Positions 9,434 through 19,337 of a DNA stretch of 64,000 nt are shown here, in pieces. This DNA comes from Planctomycetota bacterium. Lineage in GTDB: Bacteria > Planctomycetota > B15-G4 > SIAN01. The translations under genes and the position numbers were made by a program. Location of the stretch: contig JANNXA010000027.1 of NCBI GenBank assembly GCA_031409275.1, forward strand, positions 1-64,000, in the 5' to 3' direction. The stretch's first letter is position 1. Each line of letters begins with the position of its first letter. The notes beneath the pieces were generated by a model, which had not been told where the DNA came from, searched no databases, and saw only the letters and a program-made list of their open reading frames with translations.

Positions 9434-11143
9434 TCAGTGGCCAGGCGGCGGCGTCCGCTCCGGCTCGCGGAGCACGTGGAGCCTTCGCGCCGCCTTGGCG
9501 CCGAACGTCGTCTCCTGTCCGGAGGGCCAGCGCACGCGCACCTCTTCGACCTGCGCGCGCTGGTCGAGCCCGAAGCGCACGACGAGCTCCTGCCATGCGC
9601 CGTAGCTGCTCGACCCGCGCACCTCTTCCATCAGCGTGCTCGTCGCGCCGCCGCTGCCCGCCAAGGTCACCGTGACGCGCGCGCCCATCGCGAAGCGATC
9701 GGCACCGCGCCCTTCGAGCCGGAAGGCGATCCAGCTGCGATCCTGGCCCACGAGGTTCTCGAGCAGGCACGGCGCGCCGTTGTTCACTGCCGCGACGGCG
9801 TCGAGGTCACCGTCGCCGTCGAGGTCGCCGACGGCGAGGCCACGCGCCACGCGCCGTTGCGAGAAGTAGGGACCGGCGCGCGCCGGTTCGACGACGCGGA
9901 AGCGCCCGCCGCCGTCGTTCTCCATCAACAGCGGCGGCTGCTCGAACGTGTGCAGCGGGTTGGAGAGCGCCGCGTCATCGATCACGTGGCCGTTCACGAC
10001 CATCGCGTCGTCGTCGCCGTCGTCGTCCCAGTCGAACAGCTCGCAGCCGAATCCGACGTAGAGCATCGAGGGCGGCCCGATGCCGCTCTCCACGCTCCAG
10101 TCGTCGAAGCTGCCGCGGCCGTCGTTGCGATAGCAGGTGGTGCCTTCTCCGGTGAAGTTGGTGATCACCAGATCGAAGTCGCCGTCGCGATCGACGTCGC
10201 CCCAGTCGGCGCCCATGCACGCTTCGCTCAGGCCGGCGCTGTTCACGGCGACGCCCACGGCAACCGCCACTTCGGTGAACTGCATGCCGCCGTCGTTTCG
10301 CCACAAGTAGTTGGGCAGCCCGTCGTTGCTGACGAAGAGGTCGACGTCGCCGTCGTTGTCGTAGTCGCCGGGCACCACCGCGAGCCCGCTCCCGAGCGTC
10401 TCGCCGTGCAGCGACTCGCGCGTCACGTCGACGAAGAAGCCGCCGTCATTGCGCAGCAGCAGATCGGGCGCGGGGGGGTAGGCGGCGGGCCGGCAATAGG
10501 AACGGACGCTCGCGCCGCCGCGATCGGCGCCGCACCGTTTCAGCGCGCGCGCTTGCAGCAGGTAGTTGCACAGGTAGCAGTCGAGGTCGCCATCGCGATC
10601 GAGGTCGACGAAGGCCGCCGACGCGGTCAGCAGATCGCAGTCGAGCGCGCCCGCTGCCGCGGTCACGTCGGTGAAGCGGCCGCCGTCGTTGCGCAGCAGG
10701 GTGTTGCGGCCGTCATTGCACAGGTAGAGGTCCTGGTCGCCATCGCCGTCGATGTCGGGAGCCATCGCCGCGTAGGTGTAGCCCGCGTCGCTCGCGCCCG
10801 TCTCGTCGGTGACGTCGACGAAACGGAAGTTGCCGTCGTTGCGGTAGAGGCGGTCGCGCAGGTCGATGCCCTGCGCCTCGAAGCGCGGCAGCGCGGCGCC
10901 CTGGCAACAGAAGAGGTCCTGGTCGCCGTCGCCGTCGTAGTCGAGCAGCGACACGCCGCCGCACGTGATCTCGACGATCAGTTTGTCGCCCGCGCCGCAG
11001 TTGCGGTGGATGAAGTCGATTCCTGATCCGGCGGTGCGATCGCGGAAGATCGCGGCCTCGCGCGGAGCCTCACCGCAGCCGCCAAGCCCCAGCCCCGCGA
11101 GCGCCGCGAAGCTCGCCGCGAGCCGCCTGCTGCCTGGCGTCAT
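9434..11143 (-). CDS. CRTAC1-family FG-GAP/ASPIC-UnbV lipoprotein
   Basis: Repeated DxDGDGDxD motifs, LxRNDG motifs, C-terminal GARVTV...FGL...VRWPSG; lipobox LGGC; ATGA overlap. Confidence 0.9.
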   Translation of the reverse strand: MTPGSRRLAASFAALAGLGLGGCGEAPREAAIFRDRTAGSGIDFIHRNCGAGDKLIVEITCGGVSLLDYDGDGDQDLFCCQGAALPRFEAQGIDLRDRLYRNDGNFRFVDVTDETGASDAGYTYAAMAPDIDGDGDQDLYLCNDGRNTLLRNDGGRFTDVTAAAGALDCDLLTASAAFVDLDRDGDLDCYLCNYLLQARALKRCGADRGGASVRSYCRPAAYPPAPDLLLRNDGGFFVDVTRESLHGETLGSGLAVVPGDYDNDGDVDLFVSNDGLPNYLWRNDGGMQFTEVAVAVGVAVNSAGLSEACMGADWGDVDRDGDFDLVITNFTGEGTTCYRNDGRGSFDDWSVESGIGPPSMLYVGFGCELFDWDDDGDDDAMVVNGHVIDDAALSNPLHTFEQPPLLMENDGGGRFRVVEPARAGPYFSQRRVARGLAVGDLDGDGDLDAVAAVNNGAPCLLENLVGQDRSWIAFRLEGRGADRFAMGARVTVTLAGSGGATSTLMEEVRGSSSYGAWQELVVRFGLDQRAQVEEVRVRWPSGQETTFGAKAARRLHVLREPERTPPPGH

Positions 11144-12351
11144 GACCGGTTCCATCGCTGCAGCGTGCTCTCGATGGCGCTGTCGTCGACCGAGGGCACG
11201 CCACGGCGCCACTCCTCGAGGATCACTCGATCGAGGGAGCGCGGGATCTTCGGATCGAGCTTCTGCATCAGCGCGCGCGCCTTCTCGGCTCCCGGCAGAT
11301 CGCCGAGCCCGGCGCGCGCGCGGGCGAGCAGGAAGGCGAGTTCGGGCGTCGGCGGCTCGCGCTTCGAGAGCTGCACGATCTCGCGGGTGGCGTCGTCGTA
11401 GCGCCGCGCCACCAGCAGCGCGCGCAACCAGTTCGAGCGGAACAGGCGGCACTCCGGCTCGAGCTTCAGCAGTTCGGCGCGCAGGTCAGCGCGGCGATCG
11501 GCGTCGATCGGCTCGGCGCGCGGGTCGCTGCCGAGGATCCGGTCGAGCAGGCCGTGGATGCGCAGCTGCAGCGCCGACTCCTCGGCGCGGTCGAGCTTGG
11601 CCAGCAACCGGCCCAGCTGATAGCGCGCCTTGGTGTGCTCGGGGTCGACGGCGATCGCCTCGCGCAGCCGCTTCTCGCCGTCCGCGAGCATGGCGCGACC
11701 GACATAGAGCTCGCCGAGCTCGACGAGCGGTTCGGCGCGGGCGCTGGCGACCGGCTCGAGTGCCAGCGTGCGCTCGAAGCCGGCGACCGCCTGCTCGAAG
11801 CGGCCGTCGTCAGCGTCGAGCCGCGCGAGCGCATGCACGATCTTCGCGAGACGGGCGGGGCGCGTCGCGAAATCGGGAGCCGTTTGCGCCGCTTCGAGCA
11901 GCGGCCGCGCGCCCATCGAATCGCCGCTGGCCGCGCGTGCGATTCCCTCGCCGGCGGCGGCACTCGGGTGGGTCGGTTCGAGCGACGCGAGGTCGAGGAA
12001 GCAGACGAGTGCCGCGCCGGGGTCCTGGCCGACGGCGGCATCGAGCAGGAACCAGCCGAGCTCCTCGAGCGCGGGCGTGCAGGCGGGATCGGCGGCGAGT
12101 GCCTCGTCGAACTCCCGTTTCGCCGTCGTTCGGTCGAACGCCTGCAGCGCGGCCCGCGCTTTCTCCAGATGCAGCAGTCCGAGCGCGCGATCGCCGGGCT
12201 TCGGCGCGGGGCTCGAAAGCGCCGGCGCCGCCGTGGCGCTGGCCGGTGGCGGTGCGGCGGGTGGGTTGCTCTCGTGCGTGCAAGCGGCGTGCGTCACGAC
12301 GCAGGCGAGCAGCGGGAGGGTGCGCGTCGCAAGAGGTGCATTCTTCCGCAT
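11140..12351 (-). CDS. TPR-repeat lipoprotein
   Basis: Signal ending THAAC; TPR-like helical repeats such as AIAVDPEHTKARYQLG. Confidence 0.75.
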   Translation of the reverse strand: MRKNAPLATRTLPLLACVVTHAACTHESNPPAAPPPASATAAPALSSPAPKPGDRALGLLHLEKARAALQAFDRTTAKREFDEALAADPACTPALEELGWFLLDAAVGQDPGAALVCFLDLASLEPTHPSAAAGEGIARAASGDSMGARPLLEAAQTAPDFATRPARLAKIVHALARLDADDGRFEQAVAGFERTLALEPVASARAEPLVELGELYVGRAMLADGEKRLREAIAVDPEHTKARYQLGRLLAKLDRAEESALQLRIHGLLDRILGSDPRAEPIDADRRADLRAELLKLEPECRLFRSNWLRALLVARRYDDATREIVQLSKREPPTPELAFLLARARAGLGDLPGAEKARALMQKLDPKIPRSLDRVILEEWRRGVPSVDDSAIESTLQRWNRS

Positions 12352-12454
12352 GGGCGGACGATAACGCCGCCGCACGGAGGCGGCCATGCACGCCTCGGCG
12401 CGGCGTTGCACCGCCATATTGCGGCTCGCGCTCCGGCTCCTCTACACTTCGGTC

Positions 12455-14689
12455 ATGAGCATCTGGCGCGCATGTCTGTGGTTGGTGTTCTCGCAGAGCA
12501 TCGCTGGTGCGGCGCAGGTGGAGCCGCCCCCTTCGCCGCCGCTGCCAGCATCGAACGTACGCAAAGCCGCGCTGCTCGAACGGCTGGGCCGATCGCTCGA
12601 GAGTTCGACCGCCCCCTTCTCGGGCCGCGGCACGCTCGTCGAGATTCGCGGCAAGCTCGCCGCGCTCCCTCCCGGTGCCGTGCAGAAGAGCTGCATGTTG
12701 CGCGCCTCGCTCGGCGACGCGCTCCTCGGCTTCGGCCAGATCGAGGAGGCGATCGAGGAGTACGGGCGTTGCGTCGAGGATGCCATCGCCACCCGCGCGC
12801 CGCGCGCCATCGCGGCCGCGAATCGCAAGCTCGCGCTCGGCTGGCTGCGGCTCGGCGAACGGAACAACTGCGTCACTCGCCACAACCAGGACAGCTGCCT
12901 CTTTCCGTTGAAGGACGGGGCGCTGCACGTCGATCGAACGGGCAGCGAGAAGGGCATCGAGTTCCTGATGAAGGCGTTGGCGGCGGACAGCAACGATCTC
13001 GCCTCGGTGTGGCTGCTGAACGTCGCCCATATGACGCTCGGCAGCTGGCCCGACGCGGTGCCTGAACCGTGGCGCATCCCGCGCCGCGCCGTCGAATCGG
13101 AGCGCGCCATGCCGCGCATGTTCGACGTGGCGCCGACGTTGGGGCTCCACGCACCTGCTCGCGCGGGTGGATCGGTGGTCGACGACTTCGACGGGGATGG
13201 GCAGCTCGAGGTCGTGATGACGTCGGTCGATTTCGACAAGCCGATGCGCTTCTTCCGGCGGCAGGCGAGCGGGGAGTGGCTCGACGTCGCCGAGTCGCTC
13301 GGGATCGCGAAGCAGGTCGGCGCGCTCAACCTGGTGCAGTTCGACGCGAACAACGACGGGCGACTCGACCTGCTGTTGCAACGAGGCGCGTGGCTAGGCG
13401 ACTTCGGCCGTTTGCCCAATTCGCTCCTGGTGCAGCAACCCGACGGCACGTTCGTCGACCGAACGCAGGAAGCGGGCATGGAGTTCACGGCGCCGAGCCA
13501 GGTCGTCGCGGTCGCCGACATCGAACTCGACGGCGACATGGACATCTTCCTCGGCTACGAGAACGTCGGCGGCGAGCGCGCGATCCGCTATCCGTGCCGT
13601 CTGCTGCGCAATCGCGGCGACGGGACGTTCGAAGAGATCCAGCAGCAGGCTGGCGTGTCGAACGGCCGCTTCACCAAAGGGGCAGCGTTCGGCGACTACG
13701 ACGGCGACGGGTTGCCCGATCTCTACGTCTCGAACCTCGGCGGTCCCAATCGGCTCTACCACAACGAAGGCGGCGGTCGCTTCAAGGACGTCGCCGCGGA
13801 GCTCGGCGTCGAGCAGCCGCGCGACGGGTTCTCCTGCTGGTTCTTCGACTACAACAACGACGGCTGGCTCGACCTCTTCGTCGGGTGCTACGACGCCGGC
13901 GATCGCAGCGCGCAGCTTGCGGCCTACTACCGGGATGGCACCGTCCCGAGCCAGACGCAGAAGCTCTACGAGAACGATGGCCACGGCCGCTTTCGCGACG
14001 TCACCGTGGAGCGCCGGCTCGACCGCGTCGCCTTTCCGATGGGGTCGAATTTCGGGGACATCGACAACGATGGCTTCCTCGACATCTACCTGGCGACGGG
14101 CGATCCCGAGCTCTCGTCGCTGTGGCCCAACGTCCTCCATCGAAACGACGGCGGCCGACGCTTCGAGGAGGTGACGGTGGCCACTGGCACCGGCCACCTG
14201 CAGAAGGGGCACGGCGTCTCCTTCGGCGACCTCGACGGTGACGGTGACCAGGACCTGTTCGTCAAGCTCGGCGGTGCCGCGGCCGACGACGGCTTCGCGA
14301 GCGCGTTGTTCGAGAACCCGACGCAGGGCGCGCACTGGCTCACGGTGCGGCTGATCGGCCGGACATCGAACCGCTTCGCCGTCGGCACGCGCCTCAAGGT
14401 GACCCTCGAGGAAGGGGGCAAGCAGCGCGATGTGTTCCACTTCGTCGGAGCCAACTCGAGCTTCGGCGGCAACAGCTTGCAGGCGGAGATCGGGCTCGGC
14501 GCCGCCGCGCGAATCGTGGCGCTCGAGGCGTCGTGGCCGCAGACCAGACAGGTGCAGCGATTCGTCGACGTCCCGCTCGATCGAGTCGTGGTCCTGGACG
14601 AAGGGCGCGCCGATCTCGAAGTGCTGCCCGTGGCACCCGTGCGTTCGTTCACGCCGCCGGTGCCGCCCGCGTCGGACTCGGGGCACTGA
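12455..14689 (+). CDS. CRTAC1-family FG-GAP/ASPIC-UnbV protein with helical N-terminal region
   Basis: GERNNC...HNQDSCLFP, WLLNVAHMTLG, multiple DxDxDG motifs, GHLQKGHG, SSFGGNSL. Confidence 0.9.
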   Translation: MSIWRACLWLVFSQSIAGAAQVEPPPSPPLPASNVRKAALLERLGRSLESSTAPFSGRGTLVEIRGKLAALPPGAVQKSCMLRASLGDALLGFGQIEEAIEEYGRCVEDAIATRAPRAIAAANRKLALGWLRLGERNNCVTRHNQDSCLFPLKDGALHVDRTGSEKGIEFLMKALAADSNDLASVWLLNVAHMTLGSWPDAVPEPWRIPRRAVESERAMPRMFDVAPTLGLHAPARAGGSVVDDFDGDGQLEVVMTSVDFDKPMRFFRRQASGEWLDVAESLGIAKQVGALNLVQFDANNDGRLDLLLQRGAWLGDFGRLPNSLLVQQPDGTFVDRTQEAGMEFTAPSQVVAVADIELDGDMDIFLGYENVGGERAIRYPCRLLRNRGDGTFEEIQQQAGVSNGRFTKGAAFGDYDGDGLPDLYVSNLGGPNRLYHNEGGGRFKDVAAELGVEQPRDGFSCWFFDYNNDGWLDLFVGCYDAGDRSAQLAAYYRDGTVPSQTQKLYENDGHGRFRDVTVERRLDRVAFPMGSNFGDIDNDGFLDIYLATGDPELSSLWPNVLHRNDGGRRFEEVTVATGTGHLQKGHGVSFGDLDGDGDQDLFVKLGGAAADDGFASALFENPTQGAHWLTVRLIGRTSNRFAVGTRLKVTLEEGGKQRDVFHFVGANSSFGGNSLQAEIGLGAAARIVALEASWPQTRQVQRFVDVPLDRVVVLDEGRADLEVLPVAPVRSFTPPVPPASDSGH

Positions 14690-14772
14690 GTCGAAGCGCG
14701 TTCCGGGTCGCCGCGCCGCGCGACCGGTCACACCGCGCGTGAATTCCACCTGCCGGCTAGTGTCCTCTCGCC

Positions 14773-16596
14773 ATGTTCCTGCTGAAGAGCATCGACCTCA
14801 TCGCGCTGATCAGCCTGTTCGTCCAGACCTTCGTGGCCTGGGTGTTCGTCGCGATCTTCGCGTCGATTCGCCGGCGCGAGCGCTCGACGACCGCCTTCGA
14901 CCGGTTCCTCATCAGCTTCACGGCGCTCGCCTGTGCGCTCACCTTCGTCAGCGTCCGTTTCTTCCGAACGCATGATCGCGGGCCGCCGTCGGCCTACTGG
15001 GCCGACGGAAACTGGCCGGCAACGGTCTGCTACATCGGCTACCTCGGGTGCAAGGCGGTCTTCGCGCTGTTCCTGTTGCGTGGCTGCAACGATCTCGCCA
15101 GCGCGCCCGCGTCGCGCTGGCTGCGGCGGCTGGGATGGCCTCTCGTTGCGGCTCTCGCGCTGGCTCCGCTGTTCGTGCCCGACGTGAACTCGCTGCTGGT
15201 CTTGCAGGCACCGCTGCTTGCCGGCTGCGCCCTGATCGCCCTGCGTGCGCTGGTGCCGTTGCGCACCGAGGGATCGGGTCTTCGCCTGGTGCGCATCTCG
15301 CTGGGCGCGCTGGCCGGAACGTGGGGCATCCACGTCGTCGCGGTCCTGCTGCTGCCGTTGGTGCCGGCGTTCCGGTACTTGCTGGCGATGAACTCGATGC
15401 TCGACCTCGCGGTCCAACTCGCGCTCGGTACCGGCCTCATCATCGGCGTGCTGCAGGAGTCGCAGCGGCGCATGAGTGCCGCCGAGGCCGAGCGCGAGCA
15501 GTTGCAGCGCGCGCTCGATCGCGATGCCAAGCTGCGCGCGCTCGGGACGCTCGTTTCCGGCGTCGCCCACGAGCTCAACAACCCGCTCACGGTGATCCTC
15601 GGCTACGCCGATCTGGTCGGCGATCCGGCGCAGGAGGCCACCGCCGGGCAGATCATCCGCGAGCAGGCGGAACGCTGCCGCGGCATCGTGCGCAACCTCT
15701 CGGCCCTCGCCGGGCAGTCGGTCCATCCGCGCGAGGACCTCGCCGTCGAAGCGCTTTTCGAGCGGGTCGTTCGCGGCATCTCGCCCGCGTTGACGTCGGA
15801 CGGACGCCACCTTCGTTGCACGGCGCCGGCTGGAATGCGCCTGCGGGCCGACCGGATCGGGATCGAGCAGGTCCTGACCAATCTCGTCGTCAACGCGTTG
15901 CAGGCGAGTCCTCGCGGCGGCACCGTGACGTTGGAGGCGACGCTCGACGGTTCCCGCGTCATCCTCAGCGTCACGGACGAAGGTCCCGGCATCGCGGAGT
16001 CGGTGCGGACGCGCCTGTTCGAGCCGTTCTTCACCACCAAGGCGCCGGGCGAGGGGACCGGGCTTGGCCTGTCGATCGCCCATGCGATCGTGCGCGCTCA
16101 TCGCGGGACGATCTCGGTCGACACCGTGCCGCGCGGCAGGGGGGCTCATTTCCGGGTCATGCTGCCGCAACTCGATGACGTCGAGCCGCCGGTCGCGGCG
16201 GGCGCGTCACCGAAAGGCAGGCGTCTGCTGGTGATCGACGACGACCCTGGCGTGAGAGCGGTGGTGCGGCGCCACGCCGAGCAGCGCGGCTGGGTGGTCG
16301 CCGAGGCGGAGTCGGCCGAGGCGGCGCTCGACAGTGCGACGCGTCTTTCGAGCTTCGACGCGACGTTGTGCGACCTGCGGATGCCCGGGATCGGCGGGGT
16401 CGGATTGCACGACCGACTCGTCCGCGAAGATCCGGTCGCGTTGCAGCGGACGATCTTCGTGACGGGCGACCTCACCGCGCCCGACCTGCTCGCTTTCGCG
16501 CGCCGCTGTCAGCGACCATTGATGCAGAAGCCCTTCGATTTCTCGGAACTTTTCGCGGCGGTCGATTCGAGTCAGGAGCAGGCGCGAACCTCATGA
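14773..16596 (+). CDS. Hybrid membrane sensor histidine kinase (multi-TM + HisKA + HATPase + REC)
   Basis: About 7 hydrophobic segments; GVAHELNNPL H-box; NLVVNA, DEGPG, FEPFFTTK, GTGLGL; REC domain LVIDDD...CDLRMPG...KPF. Confidence 0.93.
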   Translation: MFLLKSIDLIALISLFVQTFVAWVFVAIFASIRRRERSTTAFDRFLISFTALACALTFVSVRFFRTHDRGPPSAYWADGNWPATVCYIGYLGCKAVFALFLLRGCNDLASAPASRWLRRLGWPLVAALALAPLFVPDVNSLLVLQAPLLAGCALIALRALVPLRTEGSGLRLVRISLGALAGTWGIHVVAVLLLPLVPAFRYLLAMNSMLDLAVQLALGTGLIIGVLQESQRRMSAAEAEREQLQRALDRDAKLRALGTLVSGVAHELNNPLTVILGYADLVGDPAQEATAGQIIREQAERCRGIVRNLSALAGQSVHPREDLAVEALFERVVRGISPALTSDGRHLRCTAPAGMRLRADRIGIEQVLTNLVVNALQASPRGGTVTLEATLDGSRVILSVTDEGPGIAESVRTRLFEPFFTTKAPGEGTGLGLSIAHAIVRAHRGTISVDTVPRGRGAHFRVMLPQLDDVEPPVAAGASPKGRRLLVIDDDPGVRAVVRRHAEQRGWVVAEAESAEAALDSATRLSSFDATLCDLRMPGIGGVGLHDRLVREDPVALQRTIFVTGDLTAPDLLAFARRCQRPLMQKPFDFSELFAAVDSSQEQARTS

Positions 16597-17141
16597 GCCC
16601 AACGAAGCGAATCATCATCCTGGTGGCCGTGCTCGGCGGCGGCTACGTGGCCGCCACGTCCGGCGTGCGCTGGTGGGTCGATCGCCGCATCGAATCGGTC
16701 GATGGCCGCGTGCTCGACTTCGCGCTGCTCGACACGCAAGGCCAGCTTTGGCGCGCGTCGGAGCTGCGCGGCAAGACCGTGATCCTCAACTTCTTTCGCT
16801 CGCAGTGCGAGGGGTGTCTGGCGGAGCGAGATGCGGTGCGCGCGCTCGCGGAACGACTCGATCCCGAGCGGGCCGTCCTGCTCGGCGTCTGCATGGACCG
16901 CGTCGAGGAGTACCCGGTCGAGATGACCACGGCGACTCTGACGCTCATGGACTACCGCCATCCAGTCCTGTTCGCCGACACCGCGTTCGTCGATACGTTC
17001 CACGGTGCCGGTTGGGCGCACGTGACCCCGATCACCTACGTCGCCGGTCCGGACGGAAAGGTCACCGGCCATCGTCGCGGCCACCAGAACATCGAGGGAC
17101 TGCTCGCGGCGCTTCCCGCGGGGGTGCTGCGCGGGGGGTGA
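16593..17141 (+). CDS. Membrane-anchored TlpA/redoxin-family thiol-disulfide protein
   Basis: N-terminal TM; DFALLD, GKTVILNFFRSQCEGC (CxxC), TPITY; ATGA overlap with the kinase. Confidence 0.85.
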   Translation: MSPTKRIIILVAVLGGGYVAATSGVRWWVDRRIESVDGRVLDFALLDTQGQLWRASELRGKTVILNFFRSQCEGCLAERDAVRALAERLDPERAVLLGVCMDRVEEYPVEMTTATLTLMDYRHPVLFADTAFVDTFHGAGWAHVTPITYVAGPDGKVTGHRRGHQNIEGLLAALPAGVLRGG

Positions 17142-17236
17142 CTCTCGGAACGAATTGGATGGTTCTGCTGGGGGGGGTCGAGGGCCGTGGCGTCATCCCG
17201 ACGAAGCTGCGGCGCCACCCCAGGACAGAGCCTCCG

Positions 17237-17750
17237 ATGTGGATCGCCGCCGCCGCGCTCTTCCGCGCCGCTCGAACGCCGCCCGCAGGCCACGCGGATC
17301 CGACTGCAGCGCCACCCCGCGCTGGCGCGGTGGCGGTCGCGGAGTCTGGGTTTGAGATCGGCCGCAACCTCGCCTTCTTCAAGCTCTTCAACCGCATCCA
17401 ACGCCGTGCAATCGCGATGACCGCGCCGATCGAGATGCGACTGGATGCAGCCGCCGACGATCCGCGAACGCTCGGCGCGGATGGGGCGGTGGCGCTGGTC
17501 GACGACGCGCCGCTCAACATCCTCTCGATCGGCATCTTGGGCGACGACTCGGCGGCGCGTGGAGCGAGGCGCAGAAGCTGCGCGAAGAGCTGACGAAGCT
17601 CACCGGTTCGCGCGCGGTCGGTTCGCCGCGAGCGCGGTACGACAACGGTCCCGATGCCCGCGACGAGGAGCGCTGGGCCGAGGTGCAACTCGTCGTCGAG
17701 CGCCTGCCGGACGAGCGCAAGGCCGATCCCGCCCCGGTGAAGAAGAAGCG
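17237..17750 (+). pseudogene. Degraded SOUL heme-binding family gene
   Basis: AFFKLFNRI...IAMTAPIEM in one frame; the C-terminal GSPR..YDNGP...RWAEVQL part follows after a frameshift near 17560. Confidence 0.6.
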
Positions 17751-17847
17751 TCGGGTGATCTGTGCGACCGATCGCCGGGACGCATCGCCCGATCGAGTCA
17801 CCTTTCCGCCGCTGGCGCGAACCTCGCGGCCTCGGCAAAGTCGCGCC

Positions 17848-19317
17848 ATGGACAACACCGCGCCTCCCGCGACCGGCCGTGCCCCGCGTCTTCCGAGCCT
17901 CGGCGAATGCTGGCTCTTCGTGCTGATCGCCGTCGCGCTGATGTTCTCGATGTTGACCGAGTTCGGGCTCAACCTGAACGCGAAGGCGGATCACCTCGGG
18001 TCGACCGTGCCCCTGTTCGTGCTGCTCTGCATCACGGCGTTGATGACCAAGCGGCTGGGGTACAGCTTCGCCGATCTCGAGACGGCGATCCGCAACGGCA
18101 TCCAGCTCGCGCTGCCGGCGGTGCTGATCCTGGTCGTCGTCGGCGGACTGATCGGCGTGTGGATCGGCAGCGGGACGATCTCGACGCTGATCTCCTACGG
18201 CCTCGACGTCCTGTCGCCGCGTTGGTTCCTGCCGGCCAGCATGGTCCTCTGTTCCGTCGTCTCGCTGGCCTGCGGCTCGTCGTGGACGACCGCGGCGACC
18301 ATGGGCATCGCCCTGATCGGCATGGGCAAGGCGCTCGGTTTGAATGAGGCGATGGTCGCCGGAGCGGTGGTCAGCGGCGCCTACTTCGGCGACAAGATGT
18401 CCCCGCTTTCCGACACGACGAACCTCGCCCCCGCGATCGCCGGAACCACTCTCTTCGCCCACATCCACGCGATGCTCTTCACCACGATCCCGTCCTATGT
18501 GATCGCGCTCGGGCTCTACACCTGGCTTGGGATTTCGGGCACCGCTGCCAACGCCGTGGGCGGCAACGACATCGCGCAGATGCAGGCGACGCTCGCCGGC
18601 ATGCAGCACATCTCGCCGTGGCTCCTGATGCCGCCGGTGGTGGTGCTCGTCCTGGCGGTCTGCAAGCAGCCGGCGCTGCCGTCGCTGGTGCTCGGCGCGC
18701 TCGTCGCCGCGGTGATGACCTTCTTCCTGCAGAAGACGCCGCTCGACCAGATCTGCCTGCAGTTCCTCCAGGGCTTCAAGGCCGAGTCGGGCAACGGCGC
18801 GGTCGACAAGCTGCTCTCGAAGGGCGGCATGGAGTCGATGCTCTACACGATCCTGCTGATCGTGATCGCGACCGGCATGGGCGGAATCCTCGAGAAGGGG
18901 CGCTACCTCGAAGTGCTGATGGCGGCGCTCGAGCGCCACGTGAAGCGGCCGGCCGGCCTGATCACCGCGACGATCGTCTCGTCGGTCGGTGCCAATGTCC
19001 TGCTCTCCGATCAGTACCTCGCCATCGTGCTGCCGGGTCGCCTCTTCAAGGAGGCCTACCCGCGCTTCGGTCTCGACCCGCGCATGCTGTCGCGCTCGCT
19101 CGAAGATGCCGGCACGCTGACGTCGCCGCTGGTGCCGTGGAATTCGTGCGGCGCCTACATGCACAGCGCGCTTGGCGTCGCGACCGTCGCCTATCTGCCG
19201 TACGCCTTCCTCAATCTGATCAATCCGCTGATCGCGATCCTCTTCGCCTGGCTGGGTTGGTTCATCTTCAAGACTCCGCCGACCGCCGCCACCGCACCCG
19301 CCCGATCGACTCTTTGA
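17848..19317 (+). CDS. nhaC: NhaC-family Na+/H+ antiporter / solute permease
   Basis: GSSWTTAATMG, SGAYFGDKMSPLSDTTNLA, LSRSLEDAGT, LVPWNSCG. Confidence 0.9.
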   Translation: MDNTAPPATGRAPRLPSLGECWLFVLIAVALMFSMLTEFGLNLNAKADHLGSTVPLFVLLCITALMTKRLGYSFADLETAIRNGIQLALPAVLILVVVGGLIGVWIGSGTISTLISYGLDVLSPRWFLPASMVLCSVVSLACGSSWTTAATMGIALIGMGKALGLNEAMVAGAVVSGAYFGDKMSPLSDTTNLAPAIAGTTLFAHIHAMLFTTIPSYVIALGLYTWLGISGTAANAVGGNDIAQMQATLAGMQHISPWLLMPPVVVLVLAVCKQPALPSLVLGALVAAVMTFFLQKTPLDQICLQFLQGFKAESGNGAVDKLLSKGGMESMLYTILLIVIATGMGGILEKGRYLEVLMAALERHVKRPAGLITATIVSSVGANVLLSDQYLAIVLPGRLFKEAYPRFGLDPRMLSRSLEDAGTLTSPLVPWNSCGAYMHSALGVATVAYLPYAFLNLINPLIAILFAWLGWFIFKTPPTAATAPARSTL

Positions 19318-19337
19318 CCCTCGCGAGGCTGCACCGA

